DNA of 64,000 nt from the NCBI RefSeq assembly GCF_036321535.1, contig NC_087437.1:113896001-113960000 (forward strand). The letters run 5' to 3'. The translations under genes were made by a program, and so were the position numbers. The notes under the pieces were generated by a model that was not told the DNA's origin, ran no database searches, and was given only the letters and a program-made list of their open reading frames with translations. Positions 1-11,665 of this stretch are shown in pieces (position 1 is the stretch's first letter; the number at the start of each line of letters is the position of its first letter). The DNA is from Camelus dromedarius (Eukaryota).

Positions 1-609
1 TGTATCTTCTCATCTTCACAACCACCCTTGATGTGGGGTGAGTAATGGAACCTAAAACATACCATGAGTCAGTGACAGCCTGACTTTCGTCTCTCCTCCT
101 GGCCCCCAAAGTCCACGCTCTTAACCGATGCACCATTCTGCCAACAGAACATTGAATCTTACAAAGTTCCGGTCTTAAGATTGTTAGGGCTGAAAGAAGG
201 ATCAGAATGGAAAACAAGGAGTCACCTCGGGTGGCAGATGTCATTGACTGAACATTTCAGTCTCTTTTATTTTAAATGGAAACAAGCAAAATCAGAATAA
301 AATTTATTCTTAAATACATTTGTGTGATAATTCAAAAGATGTGTATTATAATTTATTATGAAATCCCTAAACCCAGAAGTAAATGAGAGAGAGAGAAACT
401 ACATGTGTATGCAGATAAGCACACATGTTAATACAGGGGTTTCCTCAAAACACTGACATTCTGTTTTGAAAGGATAATTTTTGTGATTAATTGCCCTTAG
501 GGGAATTTTAGTTACTAATGTTTCTGTACGTGGATTATCAGTGAAACTTCAAGCCATAATTCAGGGGGTATTTGAATTGATACTGTGATTAAGCGTAAGT
601 GACACAGGG

Positions 610-1058
610 TGTTATAGATTGAATGGTTGAACTGCGTCCCCTCCAAAAGATGTATTGGTGCTCCTGGCATCTGGGAACGTGAACTTATTTGGAAATAGGG
701 TCTTCACGGATGTAACGAAGTTAAGAGGAGGTCTTTGGGGTGGTCCCTTGTTCAAATATGAACAGTGTTCTCATAAAAGAGGAAAATGTGGACACAGACA
801 CACAGAGAAAACGGTATGTGATGACAGAGGCAGAGACTGGACGGATATGGTTGCCAAGATAAAGACCACCAAGGAATGTCATCACGGAAGCTGGACGAGG
901 CAGGAAGGGTTTTACCCAGAGTCCCAGAGGGAGGCCAGCCCTGCTGACAATTTGGTTTTGGACCTCTGGTCTCCAGAACTGTAAGCGAATACATTTCGCT
1001 TGTTTTAAGCCACCTGGTTTGTGGTATTTTGTGATGATGGCCTCAGGAAATGAATACC
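610..1058 (+). mobile_element. MaLR solo LTR (MLT1B/C-like)
   Basis: Starts TG; contains TTATTTGGAAATAGGGTCTT and CTCCAGAACTGT...TGTTTTAAGCCACC motifs; flanked by an exact 5-bp TSD CAGGG (605-609 and 1059-1063). Confidence 0.9.
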
Positions 1059-1382
1059 CAGGGTTTTGGGCAGGAAAGGGAAGATGTAGTTTGAAGAAAA
1101 GGATGATCATGTACTGCAGGAAAGGGGAAGAGAAATAACAATGACATGGGAAAGGGGTGACGTGTTCTGGAAAAAGAGGAAGTCTTGACGCACCTACTTT
1201 CTTGTTTTGATTTTTCTTAGAATTCAAAATACTCAGAAAAAAGTTCATGTAAATGGGGTATCAGATATAATCAAGGAAAACCACCCATAAATCTTGCTGT
1301 TCAGATATATAAGTTTTCATCAAAATGGATGGTATAATTCACAAAATGGAACTAATTACTAAAAAGTATCATGCAATGTGAA

Positions 1383-1412
1383 TGTGTGTGTGCGCGCGCG
1401 CACGTGTGTGCA
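1383..1412. repeat. (TG)n(CG)n compound microsatellite
   Basis: TGTGTGTGTGCGCGCGCGCACGTGTGTGCA, uninterrupted purine-pyrimidine alternation. Confidence 0.9.
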
Positions 1413-2549
1413 GGGCCGTGCATTGAGCCTCGTTAAGACAGAACTTGTTTTAAGGACTTCCTCATTGGATTTGTTCCCACTCTGGGTCTCACACACTGAT
1501 GGTGCCACCCTTGATTCAGGTGTCAGTAAAACAGCCCACGGAGTTCTTTAACTTGAACATTTCTGATGATCACAGAAGAACTGGGTCATTATTACTGGAC
1601 GCGCCACAAGAGGAAGTGTGTTTTATGCACCACATGGATTTACATGAAGTGCTCTATGTGGGGCATGGGACGAGTTCTGGGATGAGTCACCATTTTGTCG
1701 CCAGCAAGGAGTGGGAGAAGTGCTTTCCCAGGGAGACCCACAGAGCCGTCTTGGGGGAGGGTGATCTGGGGGTCTGCTGTTCCACACACTTTGTCCTCAG
1801 GCTGGATGGTTGTTCTGTGTTCCTCGCAGGATCCTCATATCTGGCCTTGCCTTTGCTTCCATCCAAGCTCAGAGACTCTCCTTCCTTCTTCCCAGGAGCG
1901 ACCAGATGCCTGCACCTGCAGCAGACTTGGTCCGCACGCCTTGTGAGGCTGGGGTTCTGCTTTGCCGGCTGTGTCAATGCTAGGGCTATTTTTGTGTTCC
2001 CATACTGCAGAGACAGTCTTTTCCACTGATGCTATAAACTATGACCAGATTCTGCGTTCAGTCTCTTCTTTCTATGGTTCGGTGCACACCCTTTGGAAGT
2101 AACCTGATGTCAAGTTCCAGCCACAACTTCAGTAGCTATTTGACGCACGCTGCATTTCTTAACCCCAAACGAAGTCTCCTCACCTGTCAAATGGACGTGT
2201 TAATATCTCAGAACTTCAATAAGAATGAGGCAATTTTTTAAAAGTTGGTTTCTTTTGTTAGGAATAAGAGACTTATTTACCGTAGCATTTGTAGAAGGAT
2301 GGGGGTGGTGGAGCTACATCCAGAGAAACGAGGGCACATTTCAAAATGGAAGTTACATCCCAGGACCTTCGCAGAATGAGTACCATGAGGTTTGCCCCGA
2401 TCCCCTTTCAGATGACGCAGGTTCGCATCGTCACAATGGGATGATCACACTTGTCCTCCCCTGCTTGTGGTCCTCCTTTCCTCTCTCCCTCTCTCGGCAC
2501 ACACCCCAGGTGAGCACATCCAGCCCCAAGGTGAACTTCCCATTTTAAT

Positions 2550-3320
2550 GGTGATGCTCTCTGCTGAGCTCCAGGCTAATGCATCCAACTCCTCCTCTAC
2601 TTGGAGCACAGACGTCGCAAAATTAAAATGCCCAAAGTGGCTTTATTGATTCTGCCTAACCCTAACCCCTGACTCTCCTTCGTCTTCCACATTTCAGAAA
2701 AGGGTGCCATGGACCACCCAGCCAATCCAGCCAGAGCCATCATCCCAAGATCAGTTGCCAGCAAGTTCTGTTGATGCCAGGTCAAGATTCCATCACAAAT
2801 CTGCCACTTCCCCTCCCCCTACCCAAGACACTTGTCTCCCACCACTAGTCTCTTTATTTTTCCCATCCACGCTGCACCCTGCAGCCAGAAGGATAGCTTC
2901 TCAAATTGTAAATGAGCTCATTTCACTTTCCCACTTAAAACCCTCTGGTGGTTTCCCAGTGTACTTAGGGAAAAACCTAAACTGCTTCCTGCAGCTTCCA
3001 AGGCTCCAAATGGCCCCCTCCCTGCCTGCTTCTTCGCTTCATCTCAGGCCACGTCTTGCACATTAATTTTGAGTCGCACCTCATGCTTGGGGCATTCCTG
3101 CCCCAGGGCCTTTGCATTTGCAGTGCCCTCTGCCTGGATGGCTCTCCCACTTGATCTTCCTGTGGCAAGTTCCTTCGAATCCCACAGGTCTCAGCGAAAA
3201 CAGCACCTCCACAGAGAGCCTCGCAGAGCACTCTGCTAAAAGCAGGTCATTGTTCTGCAGCGTCCCTCCATTTCAGCCCTACTATTGTTTCTTCAGAAAG
3301 CAGTTTGTGTTTATTTTTAT
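2550..3320 (+). mobile_element. LINE-2 3' region, left part
   Basis: L2-type motifs CTTAAAACCCTCTGGTGGTTTCCCA and CAGGGCCTTTGCATTTGCAGTGCCCTCTGCCTGGA. Confidence 0.8.
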
Positions 3321-3324
3321 CTGT

Positions 3325-3885
3325 TTGCTCTTGCATTGCAGTATACTAAAGCACACTGATTTTAAGTGTACAGCTCGATGAATTTTTACATCTCTATATC
3401 TGTGTCACTACCACCCGTATCAAGAAACAGAACACAACTAGAACCCCAGATTTCCCTCCATCCTTCCCAGGTCAGTCTCCACAGAGCCTTCCTCCTCTGT
3501 GTCTAGAAATAAGCACTGCCCTGACTTCTCTCAACCTTTGATTAATTTTGCATGTTCTTGACCTTCATAGAAATATAATCATGCATAATGTACTCTGTTG
3601 TAGGTGACTTCTTTCACTCAACAGAATGCTGTAAGAGTCACCCGGCACTTGTGTCTGAAATAATTTCTTCCTTTTTCTTGTGACGGCTTGATATTCCATT
3701 GTGTGGTTATAGCACAGTTCATTTATTTGTTCTACTTTGGGTGGACATTTAGGCTGTTTCCAGTGTATGGCTATTACGAATAAAACTGTACGTGCCTTTT
3801 GGTGGACGTAAGATCTCATCACTCTTGTTGCGTCTATACCTAGTTATGGAATTGCTAGGCATGTGTTTTGCCTTCCCAGATTATA
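3325..3885 (-). mobile_element. Old L1 (L1M-type) 3' fragment nested in L2
   Basis: ORF 3565..3822 has ORF2 C-terminal-like WKQPKCP...HTMEYQA; TTTTAAGTGTACAGCTCGATGAATTTT resembles an antisense L1M 3' end. Confidence 0.8.
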
Positions 3886-3904
3886 GCAATAGTTTTATTT
3901 TTAT

Positions 3905-4052
3905 TTTGGATTTTGATTTCTGTCTTTCCTAGTAGAATTATGCTCTGTGAGGACTAAGACCTGTCTGTCTTGCCTACTTTTAAACTCCTAACACCCAACA
4001 CAGTGCCTAGTGCATTTTTAAGTGCTCCGTTAATATTTGCTGAACTAACAAG
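3905..4052 (+). mobile_element. LINE-2 3' end, right part
   Basis: ACACAGTGCCTAG...GCTCCGTTAATATTTGCTGAA, a degenerate L2 terminus. Confidence 0.75.
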
Positions 4053-4719
4053 TATTGGATCCTGTTCCTTCAGTTTCTGATTCCTCATTTTGCTTATATG
4101 TTTTGGAAGCATGAGCTCTCATCACTGCCATATTCTCTTTGTGATCCTCAGAAAGTCCAGGGACAATCTGAGGAAGCAGTCACCTTTTCCAGTTTGGCCC
4201 CAAAGTATTGTGAGAAGACACTCACCGGGCCACTGGGCTTGTGACCACCCTGAGCCAATCGAGTGTGGCTGAGGGTCAGAGTCACATGGTCAACAGTGCC
4301 CACCTCTGTGGAGGACTGTGTAGGATCGAGCCTGTAGCAGGAGTTCTGACATTTGTCCTGATCAGCACATGTGTGTATTGACTCAGTGCCTGATATATTG
4401 CTGATGTTTAGCAAAAACACTACTATTACATGTCACCTTTATTACTACAACTATTATTGATACCATATTTCATAACTGACTCTCCCCAAGTTATACCATC
4501 TAATAAGCCTTAAGGAGGCAACCTCAGTTTGGGCACTTCAGTCTGAATTTCTGTATGCCCAGGGTGGTATGGAATGTGTGGATTATAAAATACAAAATTC
4601 TTAATAAAAGGATACAACTTCTTTATGCAGTAAACAATGCATTATTTAAAAGATACCTACATTCTAATTTCCTTTAGGAAAGGGGTAGTGGAGTCACTCA
4701 TGTTAAAAGTCATCATTTT

Positions 4720-5582
4720 GGCAAGGATTTTTGCATCTATGTTCATCAGTTATATTGTCTGTAATTCTCTTTTTTGGTAGTGTCCTGGTTTTGGTATCAG
4801 GGTGATGGTGGCTTCATAGAATGAGTTGGGGAGTATTCCCTCCTTTTCAGTCTTCTGGAATAATTTGAGAAGGACTGGTATGAGTTCTTCTTTGTATGTT
4901 TGGTAGAATTCCCCGGTGAAGCCATCAGGTCCTGGACTTTTATTTGTAGGGAAGCTTTTTTATTGCTAATTTGATTTCATTTCTAGTGATCGGTTTGTTC
5001 AAGTGGTCAGTTTCTTCTTGATTCAGTCTTGGTGGACTGTATATTTCCAGAAACTTGTCCATCTCCTCTAGGTTATCCATTTTGGTCCCATATAGTTTTT
5101 CATAATATTCTCTTATGATATTCTGTATTTCTATGTTATTCATTGTAATTTCTCCATTTTGCTTTCTTATCTTGCTAATTTGTGCTCTCTCTTTTTTCTT
5201 CTTTGTGAGCTTGGCCAGAGGTTTGTCAATTTTATTTACTCTTTCAAAAAACCAGCTTTTGGTTTGATTGATTTTTTTCTATTGTTTTTAATCTCTATTT
5301 TATTTATTTCTTCCCTGATCTTTATTATTTCCTTCCTTCTGCTGACTTTTGGGTGTTTTTGCTCTTCTTTTTCTAATTCTTTTAGCTGGTGGCTTAGATT
5401 GTTTATTTGAACTTGTTCTTTTTTGAGGAGGGCCTGTATCACTATAAACTTCACTCTTAGCATTGCCTTTGCTGCGTCCCATAAATTTTGTGTGGTTGTG
5501 TTTTCATTTTCATTTGTCTCAAGGTATTTTTTCATTTCAACTTTGATTTCATCATTAACCCATTGGTTTCTTAGTAGCATGT
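4720..5582 (-). mobile_element. Young L1, inverted ORF2 segment (post-endonuclease linker to start of RT)
   Basis: ORFs 5236..5580 (KKYLETNENENTTTQNLWDAAKA) and 4940..5143 (IIREYYEKLYG...NLEEMDKFLE) are L1 ORF2 in different frames; ends near LMNIDAKIL. Confidence 0.95.
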
Positions 5583-6085
5583 AAACAGCCTAAATGTCCA
5601 TTGACAGATGACTGGATAAAGAAGATGTGGTATATTTATACAATGGAATACTATTCAGCCATAAAAATGACAACATAATGCCGTTTGCAGCAACATGGAT
5701 GTCTCTGGAGAATGTCATTCTAAGTGAAGTAAGCCAGAAAAAGAAAGAAAAATACCATATGAGATCATTCATATGTGGAATTTAAAACAGACTCATAGAC
5801 ATAGAATACAAACTTATGGTTGCCAGTGGGGAGGGGGGTGGGAATGGATAGACTCAGAGTTTGAAATTTGCAGATACTGACAGGCATATATAGAATAGAT
5901 AAACAGGATTGTATTGTATAGCACAGGGAAATATATACAAGATCTTGTGGTAGCTCACAGTGAAAAAGAATGTGACAATTAATATACGTATGTTCATGTA
6001 TAACTGAAAAATTGTGCTCTACACTGGAAATTGACAGAACATTGTAAACTGACTCTAACTCAATAAAAAATTAATTAATTTTAAT
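5583..6085 (+). mobile_element. Same young L1: forward ORF2 C-terminus, 3' UTR and A-rich tail
   Basis: Frame from 5583 reads KQPKCPLTDDWIKKMWYIYTMEYYSAIK...ICGI*; whole element flanked by TSD AAGTCATCATTTT (4707-4719 and 6086-6098). Confidence 0.95.
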
Positions 6086-6115
6086 AAGTCATCATTTTAT
6101 ACATGAATACTCATC

Positions 6116-6725
6116 TTTAAGGAGAGATTCTTAGAGTGGTCCCCATGATCCCTGCCTTATGGTATTCACACCCTGGTTTGATGTCCTCTTCTCAAGTATG
6201 GGCAGGACCTGTGACTTGCTGCTACCCAATGGACTATGCTAAAGATGGCAAAAGACATGACATTGGGGTTGTGTATGTGATTACATGATTACATAAGACT
6301 GTATCGTCCATCTTCTAGAGTCTCTCCATCCCTTACTGGTTTTGAAGAAGTAAAGAACCATGTTGGGGAACCCCACATAGCAAGGATCTAGGGCCAGTCT
6401 CTAGGAGCTGAAGGCAGTCTATAATCTGCAAGGGCCTCCAGCTGACACCCTCAATGAAATAATCTCTTGAGTTCTACAACCACAACAAATTGAATTCTGC
6501 CATTAACTATGTAAGCTTGGAACTGGATCCTTCCCATGTCAAGCCCCAGATGAGACCACAGCCCCAGTCAACACTTTCACAGCAGCCTTTGAGACCTTGA
6601 AGCAGATGACCCAGGAAAAAAGCACCTAATCTCCTGACCCACAGAATCTGTGATGAGAAACGTGTGTTGTTTTAAGCCATTAAGTTTGTTGTAATATTGT
6701 TCCACAGCAACAGATTGCTAATACA
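6116..6725 (+). mobile_element. MaLR solo LTR (MLT1E/F-like)
   Basis: GGGCAGGACCTGTGACTTGCT and TGTTGTTTTAAGCCA...CTAATACA end; candidate TSD TCATC (6111-6115 and 6726-6730). Confidence 0.85.
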
Positions 6726-8249
6726 TCATCCATTTTGTCATTTGTTTAACTAGAATCTATTAAGAGCTTACTGCCTAACATGATTCTGGGCATGGACAGA
6801 GGATATTATTTAGTTATCATTCAACCCAAATATGACCAGCTTGAAAGCCATCCATAGTCTATATTCAGTTGTTTCAGGGACACCAAAACACTGACACAGA
6901 GACTATCTAAGATGGCACAGCACTGGTATCATTTATATCTTTTAATTTTTTTCCATAAAGTTTCCCATTAAACAAGATTAAATATTCATGGCAAAACAAG
7001 TTTATTTGGTTATTCCTATTGCACTTAAATAAATTATCATATTTTAATAAAAATTACTGATGCCTCAGAGTTTCTGAAAGAAGTTTGAAAAATGTTACAT
7101 CTCAGAAGAAAAGCGTAAAGATGAACCAGGCTGGCTAAACATATACAACAACAGTAAGACCCCATCAAGTCTGGGGTCAATGTCATAGTCAGTCTTCCAG
7201 GTAGCTGGGTTGGGAAGATAAGAAATATGACTATCTTAAGCTACGACCTATTCTAGATATGATTATTAAGTTAATGGTTCTGGTTATATGCATTGTATAC
7301 TGTAGTTAAATTATTCCATATTTCTACAGTTAAATAATTGGAGCTGTCTTGGCTTTTAGCAACTATGAATTTTGTGGTTAAATTATGTTGTCTAGTTTTG
7401 TTTTAACAGCTCTGTGTGCATATGTATTTGTAGGTGATTTTCACACAAGTTATAGGTCATTGTAACTAAGCCACAGAGATCTATGAATCTAGCCTGCATA
7501 GGGAATCATATACGTCACTCCCACTTCTGGTTTAAATCTTGTCCTATAAGTCATAACCACCAGTAGGAACTTGAAACTGTTTCCAAGGCTTGTAAATAGA
7601 GAGTAAATCTTAAGTATTCATTTTTTGGAGATACAATTGTCATGACAGCAATTGTAGAATAAAAATCTCCTCCTTTATAGAAAGTATAAAATGTTAATTC
7701 TCCTGTTTAAAAATATAATGTTGATGTTTTTGTCCATTCATAAGAACAAATTTTTCTAGGAAACTGATAAGTACAATTCCATTATTTTGAACTTTATTAC
7801 TTTTCCAAATCCCAAGCTTTATATCAGATTTTAAATTACTAATATATATTGTTCTTATGTACTTTTGTGGTATGTTTCTGAGGTTTTATTTACATAAAAG
7901 TATAGTTTCTCATAAAAACAAATAAAAACATACAAAAAAAACTTCTATCATATAAGAGAAAGCAGTTTAACGAAACTAGTATGTCAGTGGGCAGGTAGTG
8001 AGATCACAAGGACTTTACAACCAAAGATTGGCATTTTGACTTTGGGCCTATTATAACCAAAGTACTGTTTAATCTTTAATTATAGCTATTAAATAGATGC
8101 TCTACTGTCCTTCAATTAAAACATAAGATGATATTATGTGAATTCAAAATCTATCCTGACTGTTTCTGTGTTTTTATTTCTCTTGATAGGGTTTATTAAA
8201 GTTGTTCAAAAGACAAGAAAAGTTATTTTCCCAAGATTATTTAATGTTG

Positions 8250-9540
8250 ATGAAGAGTCAGTCACATACTCTGCTGGTGAAAACATAAACTGAAATTAAT
8301 CTCTTTGATAAATAATTTAATAATAATTATTAAGAGCATAAAACAGTTGATCCTCTGACTCAGTCATTTCTCTTCCAGGAATTTATAATATAAGATCAAT
8401 CAGAGATATACATAAAGATATATGTACAAAATTGTCCATCATGGAGTATTTTATTTTATTATAAAAATAGAAGTTGAATAATATTCCATTGTGTATATGC
8501 ACTGCCTCTTTTTTATCCATTCATCCATTGATGGGGATTTGGGTTGTTTCCATGTCTTGTCTATTGTGAATAATAATATGTTAGACATATTTTTAATTTT
8601 TTGAGGACACTCCATATTATTTTCCATGTGGTTAAACCAATTTACACCCCCACCAACAATGAATAAATGTTCCCTTTTCACCACCTCACCAGCACCTGTT
8701 TTCTCTTGTCTTCTTGATGAAAGCTATTCTAACAGGTGTGAGATGATATCTTATTGTGGTTTTGATTTGTATTTCCCTAATGATTAATGATGTTGAACAT
8801 CTTTTCATGTTGGCCATTTTAATGTCTTCTTTGGAGAAATGTCTACTTAGTTCTTTTTGCAGCATAAGAAAGGAAGCTATCCTCCCATTTGTGACAACAT
8901 GGATGGACCTCGATGCTGAGCAAGGTAAGTCAGACAAAGACAAGAACTGTATGATATCATTAATACATGGAATCTAAAAAAGTTAAATCTATAAAAAACA
9001 GCAAAATTATTGTTACCAGGGGATGGGAGGATAAAGATGATGATATTCAAGGGTACAAACTTGTAATGGGTAGCAAATAATCCATAGAGATCTAATGTGC
9101 AATATAATGAATATAGACAATAATATTGTACTGTAATTATGTAATGTGATATCACTATATCTGCAATCATAATACAATATATAAATGTATCAAAGTAACA
9201 CACTATACCTCAAACTTACACAATGCTACATGTCAAATTTACTCAATTTCTCAAAATTGCCAATTGAAAAAAAAATAGAAGTTGGCAATATAGGGATATA
9301 TCTATTATAGAAAATACTTAAATAAATTGTAGAATCTCCATATGATAGAAAATTTATGCAAGTATTAAAGCCAGATTTTTAAAAATTATATAATGATATA
9401 AAACATTTTGATGTCAAAAAATAAAGCAGAATCCAAAGCTTTATTATTAAAATAGGTACCTATGGAAGAAATATGGAAAGGAAATATAGCAGTGTGTTAA
9501 CACTGTTTGTTTCTGATTGGAAAGCTCATGGTAATTAAAA
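8250..9540 (+). mobile_element. Ancient L1ME-like fragment interrupted by a younger L1
   Basis: Degenerate ORF2-end motifs (CACATACTCTGCTGGTG, TTTCTCTTCCAGGAATTTAT, AAAGATATATGTACAAAA) that resume after 9284. Confidence 0.6.
8477..9270 (+). mobile_element. 5'-inverted L1 (antisense about 8477-8860, sense about 8860-9270)
   Basis: Minus-strand ORF2 peptides ([11 protein letters not shown]...[26 protein letters not shown]) followed by plus-strand [11 protein letters not shown] and 3' UTR; TSD AAAAATAGAAGTTG (8463-8476 and 9271-9284). Confidence 0.9.
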
Positions 9541-9989
9541 ATGATGGATATCTATTTTTACCTCCTATCAAGTTTGTGCCCCAGCTCTTTAGTAAACCTA
9601 AAAAGTCACCTTAGTCCAGCTGCGGATTTACTGTGAAGAATTACGAGTATGGACAGTGTCTGTACCCAGGACAAATTAATGAGGGTAGAACAGCCTTCTC
9701 TGAGCTACACTCTTCTCAGACACCATTGTGTTGTTGGTAGAATAATTTCAAAAGCAGACAGTAGTTTTGGAGTTGAACAAGTAGTTTATAACAACATGTC
9801 ACAAGTGACAACCGAGAAAATATAAGCCCCTTGGGGGGCGTTAGAATTACTGGGGAAAGATATAAGATTCATTTCCATCTTGTGATGTGGGAGCGCTGTT
9901 GAATCTTACCTGTATGTTAAAGGAAAGAGTTATCTCTGCAGTTTGGAAAGCCTAGGGAGCGTTGGGTCACCTAGAACATATGCCCAAGA

Positions 9990-10355
9990 CTGGCAGTCGT
10001 CAGAGCTGTCCATTCATGTTTCTGGTTCTCTTCCTTCAGGGCACATGGCAGGATTACAACCTGTGACATCGGGAATGGCCATGTGACTAGCTTTGGCTAA
10101 TGAAATATGAGAAACAACTTGTTCTGGTCACAAGTGTGTTTTCTTCCTCCTGTCAAGATGACAAATCTCAGTCCAGACAGTAGAGACTTAGTCAGCCTGG
10201 AGCGTTGAGTGGGGACACCATGGAGAAGAGCTTCTTAGTCACCTAAGATCAATATGGATTCTGAGTGTGAACGAACCATTGTTGTCTTAAGCCACTGAGA
10301 TTTAATTTTATTGTTGTTGTTACTGCAGCATAATCTGGCACATCCTGACTGATCC
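9990..10355 (+). mobile_element. Old MaLR LTR (MLT1I/J-like)
   Basis: GGCCATGTGACTAGCTTTGGCTAATGAAAT and TTAAGCCACTGAGATTT...TGTTACTGCAGCATAA motifs. Confidence 0.75.
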
Positions 10356-10649
10356 TTTAAATCAAATATTTCACTCACACTCTTAGAAGTCCTTTAGAAG
10401 AATTTATTGTTAAAAATTGATTTAAAAGTTAAGAAAGGTTTTCCATTTTGAATCACAGTCTAATAAAAATGGGAATTAATAACCTTTTGTAGTATCTCAG
10501 CAAATGAAAATTGACTTTCCTAATTTTTTAAAGTTCTTCAACTAATAGAAAGCTTTAAAATAATGTGCCTATCAAATAATGATACCATATTTATTGAAAG
10601 GAGAATTTGTTTTTTCATCAATATATCAAAGGAATCTGTTTATCAGAGG

Positions 10650-11665
10650 TCATTGGGGAAATTACTGATTGTGGGGCTGGAAAAGGCAAAGTACAAGCCT
10701 GGAGCATCTTGAAGTACCAAAAGGTAAGGAAGTATTTACATACATACATATACACATGCGTGAAAGATAGAGGCATGTCAAAGGGACAAGATGCAAACCT
10801 GTAAGCTTCCAAGGGCTACATCTGATAGAATATGAGCACCAAAATAAATAATACATTATTGGATTATAACCCAAAGTTATCCATGAGCCCTTACTGATGT
10901 AAACAAATGATTCAATAAAGACATAGATAAACGAAGGAGAAGGACCTAATTTTTCTTTCAGAAAAATTTCAAGTAATATATGTACATGCCTCTCCTTCCA
11001 GGAGGTGGGGCTCAGTTGACCACCCCTCCCTCCAACTTAGAAGGTGGGTTAGGCTTAGAAACTCACTTCCAAAGAATAGAGGATGGAAAGGGGAAATACC
11101 ATCCTTACAATGGAGAAACCTAAGAAACACTACTTTAACCATGTGATGAAGGCTAAAATCACCCATGACGTCATGCAGATATCATGTACCTCTAATTGAA
11201 TGGGACAAGAAGAGCACTTGACCTCTGTCCCGTTCTTTCCAAGTTTCTAGAACTCCATGAAGAAAGCAACAGACAAACCCAGATTGGGAGTCATTTTACA
11301 GGATACTTGGCCAGTATTCCATAAGACTCAAGGTCATGAAAAACAAGGAAAGACTGAGAAACTGTCACAGAGAGGAGGAGGCTGGGGAGACATGACAACT
11401 GAATGCAGTTGATGCCCTGGATCGGATCTTGGAACAGAGAGAAGATATTCATGAAAGAACCAGTGAGATCCAAATAAGATCTGGAGGTCAGTTGACAGTA
11501 ATAAACCAATGTTGGTTTCTTTGTTGTGACAAAAAAAAATGCCATAGTCACGTAAGATGTTAATGACTGGGAAGAATGGGTGAAGATACGGTATGCAGGA
11601 ACACTCTGAGCTTTCAAACTTTGGCAAAATCTAAAATTATTCCAAGTATAAAAGTTTATTTAAGA
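10650..11665 (+). mobile_element. L1MC/L1MD-type 3' UTR
   Basis: GGATTATAACCCAAAG, TCAAGGTCATGAAAAACAAGGAAAGACTGAGAAACTGTCACAG and terminal TCTAAAATTATTCCAAG...AAAGTTTATT. Confidence 0.85.

Noticed and set aside
1499..2029. 176-aa ORF
   Set aside because: No recognisable homology and no supporting exon structure
4940..5580. L1 ORF2-like ORFs as a functional gene
   Set aside because: Frameshifted fragments within an inverted, truncated retrotransposon copy
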